Positions 29,811-40,241 of a stretch of 53,000 nt of DNA are shown here, one piece after another; position 1 is the stretch's first letter; the number at the start of each line of letters is the position of its first letter. The notes under the pieces are model-generated. The model saw nothing but the letters and a program-made list of their open reading frames with translations. It did not search any database and was not told the DNA's origin. Source of the DNA: a virus (lineage: Duplodnaviria; Caudoviricetes). The translations under genes and the position numbers were made by a program. The stretch spans positions 1-53,000 of IMG/VR virus record IMGVR_UViG_3300031631_000003; one strand, written 5' to 3'.

Positions 29811-30304
29811 TGTGGAAATCATTAGGATGTGGGATTTTGGTTATGCTGTTGTTGTCTGGGTGTGGTGCTCACGAGAAAACTAATAATTTGATAGCCCAGG
29901 CTAACACAGATAGATTCAAAGCTTTCACAAAAGGCATGAACGCCTCCACTTCCGAGGGTGCAAGGATTGCTATGGCCATGGCCTTTGCTGGTAACATGGG
30001 ACAACAGAACTTCTACAAAGAAGACTCGGCTCTTGATTGGGTACTTGGTGTTGGTCGTATAGTTACTCCACTGGTTCCGTTGTTCTGGCAGAGTGGTGAC
30101 TCAAGCTCTCAAGGTATTACCGCTGGTCGTGATGTATTCTTTCAGTCTACAAGGGCTGATTCTCATTGGAACTACCAATCAGCAACAAATGAATATCTAC
30201 TTGGTGACAATAACTGGAATGGTAGTAATGATGCTGAGGTGCCTCTTGAGTCGGATCACAGCGTGTCGGAGTCAACATCAACAACTACTACACCAGTACC
30301 TTAA
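29807..30304 (+). CDS. Lipoprotein
   Basis: Signal peptide with LSGC lipobox. Confidence 0.65.
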   Translation: MMWKSLGCGILVMLLLSGCGAHEKTNNLIAQANTDRFKAFTKGMNASTSEGARIAMAMAFAGNMGQQNFYKEDSALDWVLGVGRIVTPLVPLFWQSGDSSSQGITAGRDVFFQSTRADSHWNYQSATNEYLLGDNNWNGSNDAEVPLESDHSVSESTSTTTTPVP

Positions 30305-30433
30305 TATGCGTGATGATATCCCAGAGCTTATAGAGGTTGTAACTAGCCTGTTGATAGAAGTGAAAGAAACTCAGAAGGAAATCAAAGAGCTTCAGGATAA
30401 GATATTCCAGATGGAGTTTCAAGGGACAAGAAA

Positions 30434-30634
30434 TTGAAAGACTTTTGTACGTGGTGGCCTGACAGAAACTATGGTATGATATGTGCACAGCATGACTCGG
30501 ACTATAACACACATGAGGTAACCAGATGGATAGCGGACAAAGAACTTTGGATAGGTGTAACGGCATCAGGCCATCCAGTCAATGCGACGGTTATGTGGAT
30601 CGCTGTGAGGATGATAGGATGGATGTTTTGGTAG
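30434..30634 (+). CDS. Small lysis-region protein (DUF1353 / PLA2-like)
   Basis: 'C..HD..Y.....R..AD..L' motif. Confidence 0.5.
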   Translation: MKDFCTWWPDRNYGMICAQHDSDYNTHEVTRWIADKELWIGVTASGHPVNATVMWIAVRMIGWMFW

Positions 30635-30717
30635 ACAAGTATGGTCCAAAAGAGAAGAGGGTAGGGGTAATGTTTCCGCTATCTAAGATTATTGATTGGT
30701 TCAAACGGAGAAACAAA

Positions 30718-30920
30718 TGAAAGAGAAAATGATAGCGATGTTAGTTGGTATGTTAGTTAAACGCCTAGACGCTGAGACGTTCAAGGAGTTCGCAGATATG
30801 GCCCTTGATTTTGTTGAGGACTATGTCAAGGAGTCCCCAACAGCGTACGATGATGCTGTAATGTTGCCCCTGTGCAACACTATCAGAACTGCATTCAATA
30901 TCCCAGACGATGATGAGTAA
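30718..30920 (+). CDS. Hypothetical lysis-region protein
   Basis: GGAG RBS; MKEKMIAMLVG...; 'T..DD' motif. Confidence 0.55.
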
Positions 30921-31248
30921 ACTACTGATCTATGCACTCACTCTATTACTGAGTGGGTGTACAGTGTTCTCGCCACTAGATCAACTCTACCCTTCACTCA
31001 CCAAGGAAATACCTGATGAACTTATCGAACTGGAAGTACACATTGTCAATCCTATTTCTATTCACTATTGGTGCATTGTTAACGGCCTTAATCCGCTCTT
31101 TATTGTATTGAACGCAGGTACAGTGTTTGGTTGTGCTAATCTTAGTCACGGCGAGGATGGGGGGTATAAGTGCGTAGTCTATCAAGCTTATGATGCTGAT
31201 TGGATTTTTGAACATGAATATAGACACTGTAAGGGGTATATGGATTAA
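30910..31248 (+). CDS. Lipoprotein with HExxH motif
   Basis: LSGC lipobox; C-terminal HEYRHC. Confidence 0.55.
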   Translation: MMSKLLIYALTLLLSGCTVFSPLDQLYPSLTKEIPDELIELEVHIVNPISIHYWCIVNGLNPLFIVLNAGTVFGCANLSHGEDGGYKCVVYQAYDADWIFEHEYRHCKGYMD

Positions 31249-31338
31249 TGTTTGTATCTTGGTACGATGGACTAATGTGGACTAGGGACTGGAACAGGTG
31301 GCAAGAAATAATGCATCAACAAAATAGCAGGAGACGTA

Positions 31339-31671
31339 ATGGGACTTGGTACTGAACAAAGGAAGTTTACTCTGGCTATAGCCAAGCTCATCTTGTTCGC
31401 ATATGAGGAACTGAAGGTGGAGCTTACATTCGGAGATGCTTACCGTGACCCAAGAGTACATGGTCACGGTAAGGGTTACGGTTCTGACAACAGCGTCCAC
31501 CTTATACGTCTTGCTGTTGATCTTAACCTTTTTGTAGGTGGTGAATACATAACTGATTCAACCTGCTATGCGTGGGATAGGCTCCACAATTACTGGAAGT
31601 CTATCGGCGGTGCTGATAGGATATCTTCAGATGCTAATCATTTTAGTTTTACGTGGCAGGGTCGGAGGTAG
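31339..31671 (+). CDS. Endolysin, peptidase M15 family
   Basis: GDAYR...S.H..RLAVD...D.NHFS zinc-binding motif. Confidence 0.88.
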   Translation: MGLGTEQRKFTLAIAKLILFAYEELKVELTFGDAYRDPRVHGHGKGYGSDNSVHLIRLAVDLNLFVGGEYITDSTCYAWDRLHNYWKSIGGADRISSDANHFSFTWQGRR

Positions 31672-31885
31672 TCCCCTCTTCCATAGAGATATGGTCAATT
31701 AATCCTGCAACTTTTCTTGCAAACTTCCTGATACCTTTATCGTGGTGGTATCCCCAAAGTAAAATACACTCCTCTCTTAAATCGTCCAGCCTTGAAGGGA
31801 AGGTACAACCTCCGTTGGTACTTTGTCCCTTAGCCTCCTTCGCTAGACAACCGTGGTTACAACTCTTAAAGTGTGGTCTTTTCAT
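31649..31885 (-). CDS. Hypothetical protein
   Basis: AGGAG RBS; Cys-containing 78 aa. Confidence 0.55.
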   Translation of the reverse strand: MKRPHFKSCNHGCLAKEAKGQSTNGGCTFPSRLDDLREECILLWGYHHDKGIRKFARKVAGLIDHISMEEGTTSDPAT

Positions 31886-31917
31886 TTTAGTTCTCCTCTA
31901 TGTTATGGTTTTCAGCG

Positions 31918-32232
31918 TTATCTGCAACCTACCACTTTCATAAACTCATCCCACGCCTTGCGTGTCACAGCTTTCTGCGCGTCAACAGCAAGTCTTATGT
32001 TGTCCTTCATTTGCCTGATAATCACCCCTGCAAACCATTGTCTGTTTTCTTCTGGGCAAAAGCTAGAATTAAAGGAGTTGGTATATACTTGTCCGCCATG
32101 CCACAAGTCTGTTACTTCAAAGATAAACGCTTCATACTCATCTGTTTTGTGGATGCCAGCGTATAACTTAAAGTGAGGCAGTTTGTTTTCTATCTTGAAG
32201 TCTACTACTAGTTCGGAATATTCTTTATTCAT
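31918..32232 (-). CDS. Hypothetical protein
   Basis: AAGGAG RBS; 104 aa. Confidence 0.6.
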   Translation of the reverse strand: MNKEYSELVVDFKIENKLPHFKLYAGIHKTDEYEAFIFEVTDLWHGGQVYTNSFNSSFCPEENRQWFAGVIIRQMKDNIRLAVDAQKAVTRKAWDEFMKVVGCR

Positions 32233-32253
32233 TTAGTTCTCCTTAAATTAAAA

Positions 32254-32322
32254 TACCAACCAACCCGTTCATTAGAACTAAGCAACCCTTTCAGCCATGA
32301 TAGCATTGTAGGTTGGTTGGTA
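32254..32322 (-). terminator. Long-loop inverted repeat downstream of the thyX-like gene
   Basis: TACCAACCAACC / GGTTGGTTGGTA, followed by a T-run on the minus strand. Confidence 0.45.
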
Positions 32323-32329
32323 AAATTTG

Positions 32330-32917
32330 TTATAAGCCCAACAATTCTGGGTTTTCCAGAGATTCAATAGTCTGCTTCAAGAACTCAATCCAATCAGGTA
32401 ACTTGTGGGCAAACCGTTGTGAGTTGATATGCCTAATCACTTTATAGTTCAGGTTAACTTCACGCTCTTGCAAGAATGCCTGCGGTAACGCCTTAGACTT
32501 GACCCTGCTTGACGTTTGCCTTGAAAGCATATCCAAGTATTCAATGTAAACCATAGCATCAGAGGTGCTGTCAAAGTCTTCGTTCTTGAGGTCGAAATAT
32601 TCAGGTAATAAATCATCCTTATCGAGCGTGTGCATAGTTGATTCTGATTGTTTTGATACCCCTATACGGTAGGTGTCGAATTGTTTCCAGAATTCAAGGG
32701 TTGCTGTGACAGATATCCACACTTGTATGTGCTCAAGGAATTTATTGTGTCCTTTGTCACGGCCAGCATTAGCAAGTGCTGCTTTGTAGATCCTGTTACG
32801 CTGTTCGTCAGTCCACCATTCATCTCTGGTAAGACCCGGCTTACGAAACGATAACCCAAACCCATAGAGTGCTGAGTCTAATCCTGCTTCATCTAATTTA
32901 ATTACTTTCATGTGCAC
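32330..32917 (-). CDS. thyX: ThyX-like flavin-dependent thymidylate synthase (divergent phage type)
   Basis: GHNKFLEH...QFDTYR...SESTMH, LPQAFLQ, QRFAHKLPDW; lacks the canonical RHR motif. Confidence 0.65.
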   Translation of the reverse strand: MHMKVIKLDEAGLDSALYGFGLSFRKPGLTRDEWWTDEQRNRIYKAALANAGRDKGHNKFLEHIQVWISVTATLEFWKQFDTYRIGVSKQSESTMHTLDKDDLLPEYFDLKNEDFDSTSDAMVYIEYLDMLSRQTSSRVKSKALPQAFLQEREVNLNYKVIRHINSQRFAHKLPDWIEFLKQTIESLENPELLGL

Positions 32918-33067
32918 CCCTCAAATAATACATCGTTAAGTTTACGTATAATTTTACAGCTCCCACTGATATGAATCATACTTCTTTCTGGAGACTCTGG
33001 ATCTCTATGTGAAGTAATACATACCGTTTTGTTCTTCAACAGTTTCTTTATTATCTTAGCTATTTTT

Positions 33068-33307
33068 TTATCTTTCATTTTGTTTCCTCCTGTTCCACGC
33101 ATTCATTGCCATATGTTTTGCGCTATCAGCTCCGTTATGTTTTGCATCAGCTTCAAAGCAACGGCCAGTCCTCACGTCACATGGTAGGCACTCAATATAG
33201 CAATAAAGGTGTCCTTCAATTTCCATACATGACCCATTGTAAGTATCAAAACGTATTGAGATATCTTCAGCTTCGCCGCAAAATGGGCATGGTTTTAGTT
33301 TCATCAA
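33068..33307 (-). CDS. Lar-family (restriction alleviation-like) zinc-binding protein
   Basis: LKPCPFCG...C..C...AWNRR. Confidence 0.7.
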   Translation of the reverse strand: MMKLKPCPFCGEAEDISIRFDTYNGSCMEIEGHLYCYIECLPCDVRTGRCFEADAKHNGADSAKHMAMNAWNRRKQNER

Positions 33308-33313
33308 TTAACC

Positions 33314-34803
33314 TCAAACTTGTTTGTCCAGCATATCACGCTGTTTTTGAGTGACAAAGTAAAAACAGAATGGAGCGTCGCCACTGGCTGTTGTATCTAT
33401 CCACTTGAATCGTTGCCATGATTGAGAGTACTCGCTAGACCGTGCCGTCCATCGGTAGCAATCGTTTCTTAGTGGGCAGGTTTCGTTTGAACATAGTGTC
33501 ACATCTGGCATGTGTATACTCCAAGTTCGGGCCTCATAGTTGCCCACAGCTTATTCATTGTTTCAAGAATCTCTTCTTCTGATACTATTTTCAATTGAGA
33601 CTCCTTGATGTAGTTCAGTCTTTCATTCGTATCCATTCTTCTGTACAGGTAATTATCACTGTCATAGGATCTCAACCATGTTCTCTTTCCTTTCTGACAG
33701 GTATAAACATCAACTTTATATTTAAATGAGCCGCTGTAGATTACAGTTGAAACCTCAACTGTTATGCTCACCCTTGATCCATCGCCCCTTCGCAGTATCT
33801 GTTTGTATGCTATATCCACCTTATTCTCCACGTTCCTCATGTGTTAGTTTACGTGCCATGTCCCATTTAGCTCTATTCCATCCTATGTAATGCTCCCCAT
33901 CAAAGCTGTAAAACTTCATTGGCTTAAAGACATCACCTCCATAATCTTTAACCATAATAATTTCACCTTTTTTAAACTCACACGGTGGTTTATCATTCTT
34001 ATCAAATGGGTTGTAGGTATATAAGCTTGGGTTTTTGTCATCTGCGTAATAGCTGCCATCTTCATAGTAATGATAACCTCCACATAAATAAAAAGAATCT
34101 TCGTCCGTTGGCTCAGAAAATCTTGCCCAACAATTTTGTATACTCCAACACCAATCGCCAACTTTTAATTCACTAAGTTTCTTATGTTTCATGTTATCTC
34201 TCACTCGCACCAAGCTACAGTGCTCATAGGTTTACTGGTTACATCGTTTCTAATGCCAGCATAGTTACCGCATGACGTTCCGTATTTCTCACACTGTTTC
34301 GGCAACCCATGATCCGTATGCATACGCTCATCGTAGTGCTTGCATATCTCCTGACCACGTTGACGATGGCAGACTAGAAATCTATCAATCAACACTGGTT
34401 TGATAACGATCCTTTGTCTCGGTTTTGCTCTTCCCCTGGGTGGGCCGTCAAGTGCAATTGCTGCTGCCCTGAAAGCTCTCGGTTGCATCGTAGGCATCCA
34501 TAGGCAGAGATGGTTCCAGCCCCAAACTTTTCCCCTGAACTCCATCGCGCCCCGTCTAACATCGTGCTCGTTGATGTCAACACATTCATTAACTGTCAGC
34601 GGCCCCTTAGATGTCATGTGACAAGTAGCTCCACGCTTGTATACCTCACCGGCTTCTCTTGCATCACGATACCTTCTCATAGTATGGACTGTATCGTGGC
34701 CTAGCTTCATCATCTCGTAACACATTGAGTATGTGCATCCGAGTTTAGAGGCAACCTGCGTTAGTGTGAGTCCGTCTATTAGGTGGTGGCTTATTCCGCT
34801 CAT
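33314..34803 (-). CDS. Run of small hypothetical early genes (33314-33547, 33499-33840, 33821-34213, 34201-34803)
   Basis: Tightly overlapping minus-strand ORFs from the track. Confidence 0.5.
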
Positions 34804-34882
34804 ATTGATTCTGCCAGATATGTCAATATAAAATATAAATTAGCTACTGCTGTGGCCACTACCACCCATGGCATTAATCTAT

Positions 34883-35413
34883 TCATACCGTCACCCCATT
34901 ATCGTCCATAGTATCGATGAAGAAGTTATACGCATTAAATACACCATCACCCATGGCAATATCCATTGTAGCATGGACCCCGTTTTCTGATACGTGGTCA
35001 CTATCTCGCTCCACACTCTTGCGATGAAGATTAACGACAACACCACCGAGTGATGTAATAAGGTCGGCTTCGTCTTGAAAACGAATATCATCAATTACAA
35101 CATTACTCTGGGTGTTTAATATTTTATTATGCATAAGATTACACCAGAAGTCTTCAGCTATCATATTACGGCAGAAATCTGTCCCAAATAATTGCATTAC
35201 TTCTCTTGGTGATTTACCACTGAAAGTACTAAGTGGTTCATGCTTCAAATCCTGGTCGGTGAAATACTCCATAGGTAAGTCAGTAAGTGCGACCAGCGCT
35301 TCTTTTAACGGAGTTGCAAATGATAGTATCGTGTATCCGTGATTATCTCGAAGATACTCCGCTATAGTTGTTTTACCCACCCTTGCCAGTCCTGCTAATC
35401 CAATTATTTTCAC
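34883..35413 (-). CDS. Deoxynucleoside monophosphate kinase
   Basis: GLAGLARVGKTT P-loop, SFATPLK, SPREVMQLFGTD, IDDIRFQDE, HVSE. Confidence 0.9.
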   Translation of the reverse strand: MKIIGLAGLARVGKTTIAEYLRDNHGYTILSFATPLKEALVALTDLPMEYFTDQDLKHEPLSTFSGKSPREVMQLFGTDFCRNMIAEDFWCNLMHNKILNTQSNVVIDDIRFQDEADLITSLGGVVVNLHRKSVERDSDHVSENGVHATMDIAMGDGVFNAYNFFIDTMDDNGVTV

Positions 35414-35591
35414 AACGTCTCCCTCACCTTATTAATTGTCTCGGATAATTCTTCGAGTACTCTTCGTTCCCTGCTCATCTCAGGATCGTTTTCCCTGGGA
35501 ACTGTGAAGTGAACGAAATCTGCACCGATTACGATGTAATAAAACTCACCGAATATTTCCTTCCGAATCCTGACACCATTCTCACCCTTCA

Positions 35592-35933
35592 TCAATACTC
35601 CCCCACTTCTACGTGTTTATCACCGTAGAAGTCTGTGTACGTTGTCACTTCGGTAGTCCTGCCGTATTTATCTGTAATTATTGTGAGGTTTGGATTAAGA
35701 GATCCGCCCTTGCTGATGGGATTAACACCACCAATCATATTATACTCAGGGTAAGCAAATACAGTTACCGGGCGTTGATAATATGCTGTCGGTCTCCCGG
35801 TAACAGCCCCACCAACAATTGTCCCGACCATGTATGCAACGGTGTTCTCGTTTACGTTCTGTGCTTCTGCTGGAATTGCTGAGAGTGTTAAGATACTCAT
35901 GGCAATTATAATAGATATCATGGTGTTCTCCAC
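35592..35933 (-). CDS. Secreted/periplasmic protein with glycine zipper
   Basis: Signal peptide ending AEA; GTIVGGAVTG. Confidence 0.55.
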   Translation of the reverse strand: MENTMISIIIAMSILTLSAIPAEAQNVNENTVAYMVGTIVGGAVTGRPTAYYQRPVTVFAYPEYNMIGGVNPISKGGSLNPNLTIITDKYGRTTEVTTYTDFYGDKHVEVGEY

Positions 35934-35971
35934 GGTTGAGTCGGTGAATTATTCACTGACTGATAAATACG

Positions 35972-36139
35972 TTATAAACGATTATCGACAGTCTGTCTAC
36001 TCATTTCTTTCTGTATAATACGTTTTACAAACATACTCATTGAACGCTCTTCGGATCGGCTCTGTTCCTTGATCCACTTAATTACTTCCGGTGGTAGTTT
36101 CCGAATTGTTAAACTACCTTGATCGCTCCACTTACTCAT
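35972..36139 (-). CDS. Arc-like ribbon-helix-helix regulator (55 aa, not in ORF track)
   Basis: MSKWSDQGSLTIRKLPPEVIKWIKEQSRSEERSMSMFVKRII; overlaps the methylase stop. Confidence 0.7.
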   Translation of the reverse strand: MSKWSDQGSLTIRKLPPEVIKWIKEQSRSEERSMSMFVKRIIQKEMSRQTVDNRL

Positions 36140-36903
36140 GTTGTCTCCCTGATACGTTTAGTTGCAATATCGAAATATGCTTTATCAAGTTCGATACCTA
36201 TAAAATTGCGGTTTAAATTCTTGCAGGCAACACCTGTTGTTCCCGAACCCGTTGTAAAATCTAAAACCGTTTCATTCTCATTTGTGTATGTCTTGATTAG
36301 GTACTCCATCAATGGTACTGGTTTTTGGGTTGGGTGGACAGACCCTCTTTCTACAACTTGAAAATCTATCCCCGTTTTTGGGTATCTAACACCATTATTA
36401 TCATTTCTGAAATTAGAATATTTACCGTAGGTTTCTGTCATACTTGTGGATAATTTAGGATCACCAGCTTTATTTTTATATGGGGTGCCTTTGGTAAACT
36501 GAGGATTGTACATGATAGATTTTTGAAAAACTGATATAACTTCAGTATCTTTCATCGGCATCTTTTTTGCATTTAGGTGACCGGTGCCTTTGGGCTTTCT
36601 CCAATACCAATCATACTTATAATTCTTAATGTTACTCATCCTTAAAGCACTACTAAACGGTTCGGAACCAAACAATACAATAGCACCATTAGATTTTATA
36701 ACCCTATTCAACTGCTTCCACATAAGTTCAAGATCGACAACCGTATCCCATTTGCACGCGGTTGTTCCATACGGAGGATCTGTCAAAACCATATCAACAC
36801 TACCGTCTGGTATATTCTTCATCTCTTCCAGGCAATCACCGTGTATCAGACGAGGCTGCTTGTTAAACAAACTTAACTGTTTCACTCTGTTATTACCTCG
36901 CAT
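36136..36903 (-). CDS. Orphan N6-adenine/N4-cytosine DNA methyltransferase (beta class)
   Basis: GDCLE, DPPY, HPTQKP, LDFTTGSGTT, GIELD. Confidence 0.92.
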   Translation of the reverse strand: MRGNNRVKQLSLFNKQPRLIHGDCLEEMKNIPDGSVDMVLTDPPYGTTACKWDTVVDLELMWKQLNRVIKSNGAIVLFGSEPFSSALRMSNIKNYKYDWYWRKPKGTGHLNAKKMPMKDTEVISVFQKSIMYNPQFTKGTPYKNKAGDPKLSTSMTETYGKYSNFRNDNNGVRYPKTGIDFQVVERGSVHPTQKPVPLMEYLIKTYTNENETVLDFTTGSGTTGVACKNLNRNFIGIELDKAYFDIATKRIRETT

Positions 36904-38746
36904 AACTGATTAGCTTCTCTGTCTCAGAGATATACCAATCGAAATTAATATCTGATGTGTAAAAACCACTGAGATCGTTACACACTGTTACGTTAAATCC
37001 CTTATTTATCCCAATCCTGCGGTCAGGTGCTTCGGGGTTTTTATCTGTCTGATTTTTCGTTGGAGGCATGACTTTGACAAATTCATCACCGTGTTTAGTG
37101 ATTATATACCTTGTCACGTTCTGTTGCTGAACATCTCCTAGCATCAATTTACTTGACCGGGGAACTTTCGTTCTTAGGCAGAAATCAAGCATATCATCGT
37201 GGTTCTTGATAAATTCTACAGGTTCTGTTCCATGAATTAGAAACGCTTCAGCAGCTTTCGGAACGACGAGCGCTGAGTGATTTTGATGCCATCCGAGTTT
37301 ATATTCATATTTACCTTTGCGTTTTACTTTACCGTTGGTGTATTCTGCCAGGTAATTATTTACGTTCGATAATGCCATGAAATCATATTCTGCTTCTTCA
37401 AGTTCTAGTCCTGTAATTTGTTCGTTTTGCCTACATATCATCCGTAGTTGTAGAATATCTGAGCGTTTAATTCTTACTGTCAGTCCATCAGTGTTACACT
37501 GCAACATCTTAAGATATGGTATCTTTAATAATTCATCAGCAAGCATTGTTAATATCATCTGTCCATTTACTGTAATAGCCATCAAATATTTTATGTCCAA
37601 CAGGAAACTATATTTATTTCCAGCATTGCCAAAGGTGCTATTTAATGCCAATTTAACGGCAAGGTTCTTGGGTGTTTTCTTCGCATACTTCTTTCGCTCC
37701 ACATATAATTCTTGGTAACTATCACAAAACGATTCATTCAAGTGCTCAGGATACAATCTGTTTGCTATAGCAATATTTGGATAATATGAACTATAATCCA
37801 GATCAAGAATAGCGTATTCTTCGTTGCTTTTATATACGACATCTTCTCGACTGGCGTGTAGTCCGCCAGTACCGTACACGTATTTTAGCCCGTCAATTTC
37901 AGCGGTCAAATCATTAATAGCACCTTTGGTTTCAGTTATAGTTCGTTCCTTAAACCATTGGTGTATACGCTGAAATTCAGGGTGATTAAATTTTAAATAA
38001 GGAAGAAGTACTTCTCCTATATTTATTTGTTGTCTGATTGTTTGTCTAGGTCGTTTTGGGGCTGTAGTGAAACATATTCCTGGGCTTTTAGCCTCAAGCC
38101 TATCTTGCATCATTCCCTTACCGATTTTTGTATCATCCCAATTCAAATCAACTCCCAGCTTTTCACGAAGATCGATGGATGCTGTACAGTGATTCAAAAA
38201 CATTTCTGTTGCGTCAACGTCATGCTTACAATACCCAACAAGGTTTTGTATCTGTCCTTCGTTAAGTTCTGAATCTGGTGGATATGGGAGATCAGCTATC
38301 GATCCCATCCTCATATTAAACTCTAGAATTTTCAAGCTGGTTAATTTTGCGATGTTATTGTAGTGGTTCATTGCACATAAATCTAACTCAACCATCAGTC
38401 GATCATTAGTCCATATAATATGTGAGAATCGTTGATCCCAGGGTGTGTTTATAATTGACATTGCCTTATTATAAACATCCTGCACAGTGAGACGATCACA
38501 GTAATTCTTCACTAACCAATGGATAACCGGAACATCAAAACCTAATCCGTTATAAGATACCATCGTGGATAACTGCAATGATCGTTCTTTGATAAAGACT
38601 AATAGGTCTGATATTTCATTCTTACGGATTGACCATTCAAATATTTTATATTTTCCTGAACCGTGGTGCTTAAATACAACACAAAAGCAGGATTTGAATG
38701 TTTCAATATCATAAGTCCAAGTATTATCTGGGTTCATTATGCACAC
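36893..38746 (-). CDS. Family B DNA polymerase with 3'-5' exonuclease
   Basis: Exo YDIET, YNGLGFD, YCKHD; polymerase DYSSYYP, KLALNSTFG, NTDG. Confidence 0.9.
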   Translation of the reverse strand: MCIMNPDNTWTYDIETFKSCFCVVFKHHGSGKYKIFEWSIRKNEISDLLVFIKERSLQLSTMVSYNGLGFDVPVIHWLVKNYCDRLTVQDVYNKAMSIINTPWDQRFSHIIWTNDRLMVELDLCAMNHYNNIAKLTSLKILEFNMRMGSIADLPYPPDSELNEGQIQNLVGYCKHDVDATEMFLNHCTASIDLREKLGVDLNWDDTKIGKGMMQDRLEAKSPGICFTTAPKRPRQTIRQQINIGEVLLPYLKFNHPEFQRIHQWFKERTITETKGAINDLTAEIDGLKYVYGTGGLHASREDVVYKSNEEYAILDLDYSSYYPNIAIANRLYPEHLNESFCDSYQELYVERKKYAKKTPKNLAVKLALNSTFGNAGNKYSFLLDIKYLMAITVNGQMILTMLADELLKIPYLKMLQCNTDGLTVRIKRSDILQLRMICRQNEQITGLELEEAEYDFMALSNVNNYLAEYTNGKVKRKGKYEYKLGWHQNHSALVVPKAAEAFLIHGTEPVEFIKNHDDMLDFCLRTKVPRSSKLMLGDVQQQNVTRYIITKHGDEFVKVMPPTKNQTDKNPEAPDRRIGINKGFNVTVCNDLSGFYTSDINFDWYISETEKLISYAR

Positions 38747-39576
38747 TCTCTGTGTATTTCCATATGGCAGTTAAAACATAGCAATATATGTCCTGCTGGA
38801 TTTATTGAATCATCCCCAAACTTAGCCACTGTCAAGGTGTGGTGAAGTTCTACATCAATAATATCCCCACACTTCTCGCAATAGTTATGCCCATGCTTGT
38901 CACACTGTGCTGATTTGAGATGATAAGTTTGACAGTTTCTTGAATTAGTCGCTTTACTAACTATTGATCTTTTATCTATTTGACTATGAGGATGAAACCC
39001 ATAAATAGGACATAAAAGTTTACACTCTTCTGAGCAGTAGAGATTTGCTTCTCCTAACGCTTTACCTTCATAGGCTAACACTCTCGATTGTACTTGTGCA
39101 GATGTTGGGATAAATCTATTGGTGCAATTTTTACACACCACGGTGATAGTATCATTTATAATTTTTGCTTTATCTGTAATTGGGATACGTGAAAAAAGCA
39201 CTACTGAAGAGCATGGTTTTGATTTTGATATTTTTTTACGTATACTGTCCTTCTTACGAACCACAATACTGTTGTTTTTACGATATTCCTTACTGTGTTT
39301 CTTTATAGATTCTTTATTTTTTAAATAGTAATTACGATTGTATTCTTTCTTATCTAACTTGTGTTCCGTATTATATCTTTTCTTGTACTCTTTTATGTTT
39401 TCTTTATTTAGTAAGGAATAGTTTTTATTATATTGTTTATAGCGACCTTTATTGTTCTGGTAATTATTTGATACTTGAATCTTTGTACACGGTTTACAGT
39501 AATAACTAGAACCATCAAGCCTTTTATAAAATTCAGTTATCGGTTTTTCAATACCGCATTTTGTACACCTTTTCAT
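38737..39576 (-). mobile_element. HNH endonuclease with Zn-ribbon N-terminus
   Basis: Likely start MKRCTKCG; C-terminal CEKCG...ELHH...LLCFNCH. Confidence 0.8.
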
Positions 39577-39593
39577 ATTTCCAAACCCCCAAA

Positions 39594-39732
39594 ATAAAAA
39601 AGCTCCATGTGAACATTGCAAAGGTCGGTTCCCAGAGTTAGGGCAGTTGCTTGTTCACATGGAGCTTTTTTATAAACTCTAATAGGTTCCGACACCTAAA
39701 TATAGAATACCATGTTGTAAGCAATAAATCAA
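39594..39732 (-). promoter_or_regulatory. Promoter plus leader with 22-bp terminator-like stem
   Basis: TTGATT-17-TATTCT on the minus strand; perfect inverted repeat 39594-39615 / 39652-39673. Confidence 0.65.
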
Positions 39733-39740
39733 ACAGTCAT

Positions 39741-40241
39741 CTACCCCATCCCCATAATATAAACAGACCAGTTTTCACCGGACACTATCAAGGGTAGGTC
39801 ATCACCAGCAAATTCAAACTTCATTGATTCGACATCACCAATTGCACGTAAAATCAATTTCAGATTCTTCGGATCGATATGAACTGTTGCCTCTGGCTTT
39901 GCTTCCAGGTTCAGCGTTTTATTCAGATTCATTGGGAGCAAGTCGCGATTTAATTCTGTAAACGGTATCCCACCGATGGTATTATTTGCAATAGGCATCC
40001 CAAGCATCAGTTTAAAAGTATCATTATCGACATCACTGATACCGATAATCCCTCCAGTATCACAATCGTGAGTGCATGGAACATTAACTACTCCCATCAC
40101 TGTACCATTGGTGGTGATGTGTTGGATACCGGCTTCAGTGAACCGGATTATATATGGGTATTGTTTACCCTTCAGTAATTCTAAGTTCATAATCATAAGC
40201 AGGGTGTATCGTACACCCTGCTCCTCGGTTAAATTATACAA
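39741..40241 (-). CDS. DNA sliding-clamp (beta)-like protein
   Basis: 'TTNG' plus C-terminal 'IDPK.L......F.....P.......YIMGM' resembling DnaN domains. Confidence 0.45.
   Translation of the reverse strand: MYNLTEEQGVRYTLLMIMNLELLKGKQYPYIIRFTEAGIQHITTNGTVMGVVNVPCTHDCDTGGIIGISDVDNDTFKLMLGMPIANNTIGGIPFTELNRDLLPMNLNKTLNLEAKPEATVHIDPKNLKLILRAIGDVESMKFEFAGDDLPLIVSGENWSVYIMGMG

Noticed and set aside
32254-32322. Third copy of the attenuator-like leader
   Set aside because: It has a long-loop stem, but no correctly ordered 5' complement or clear promoter was found.
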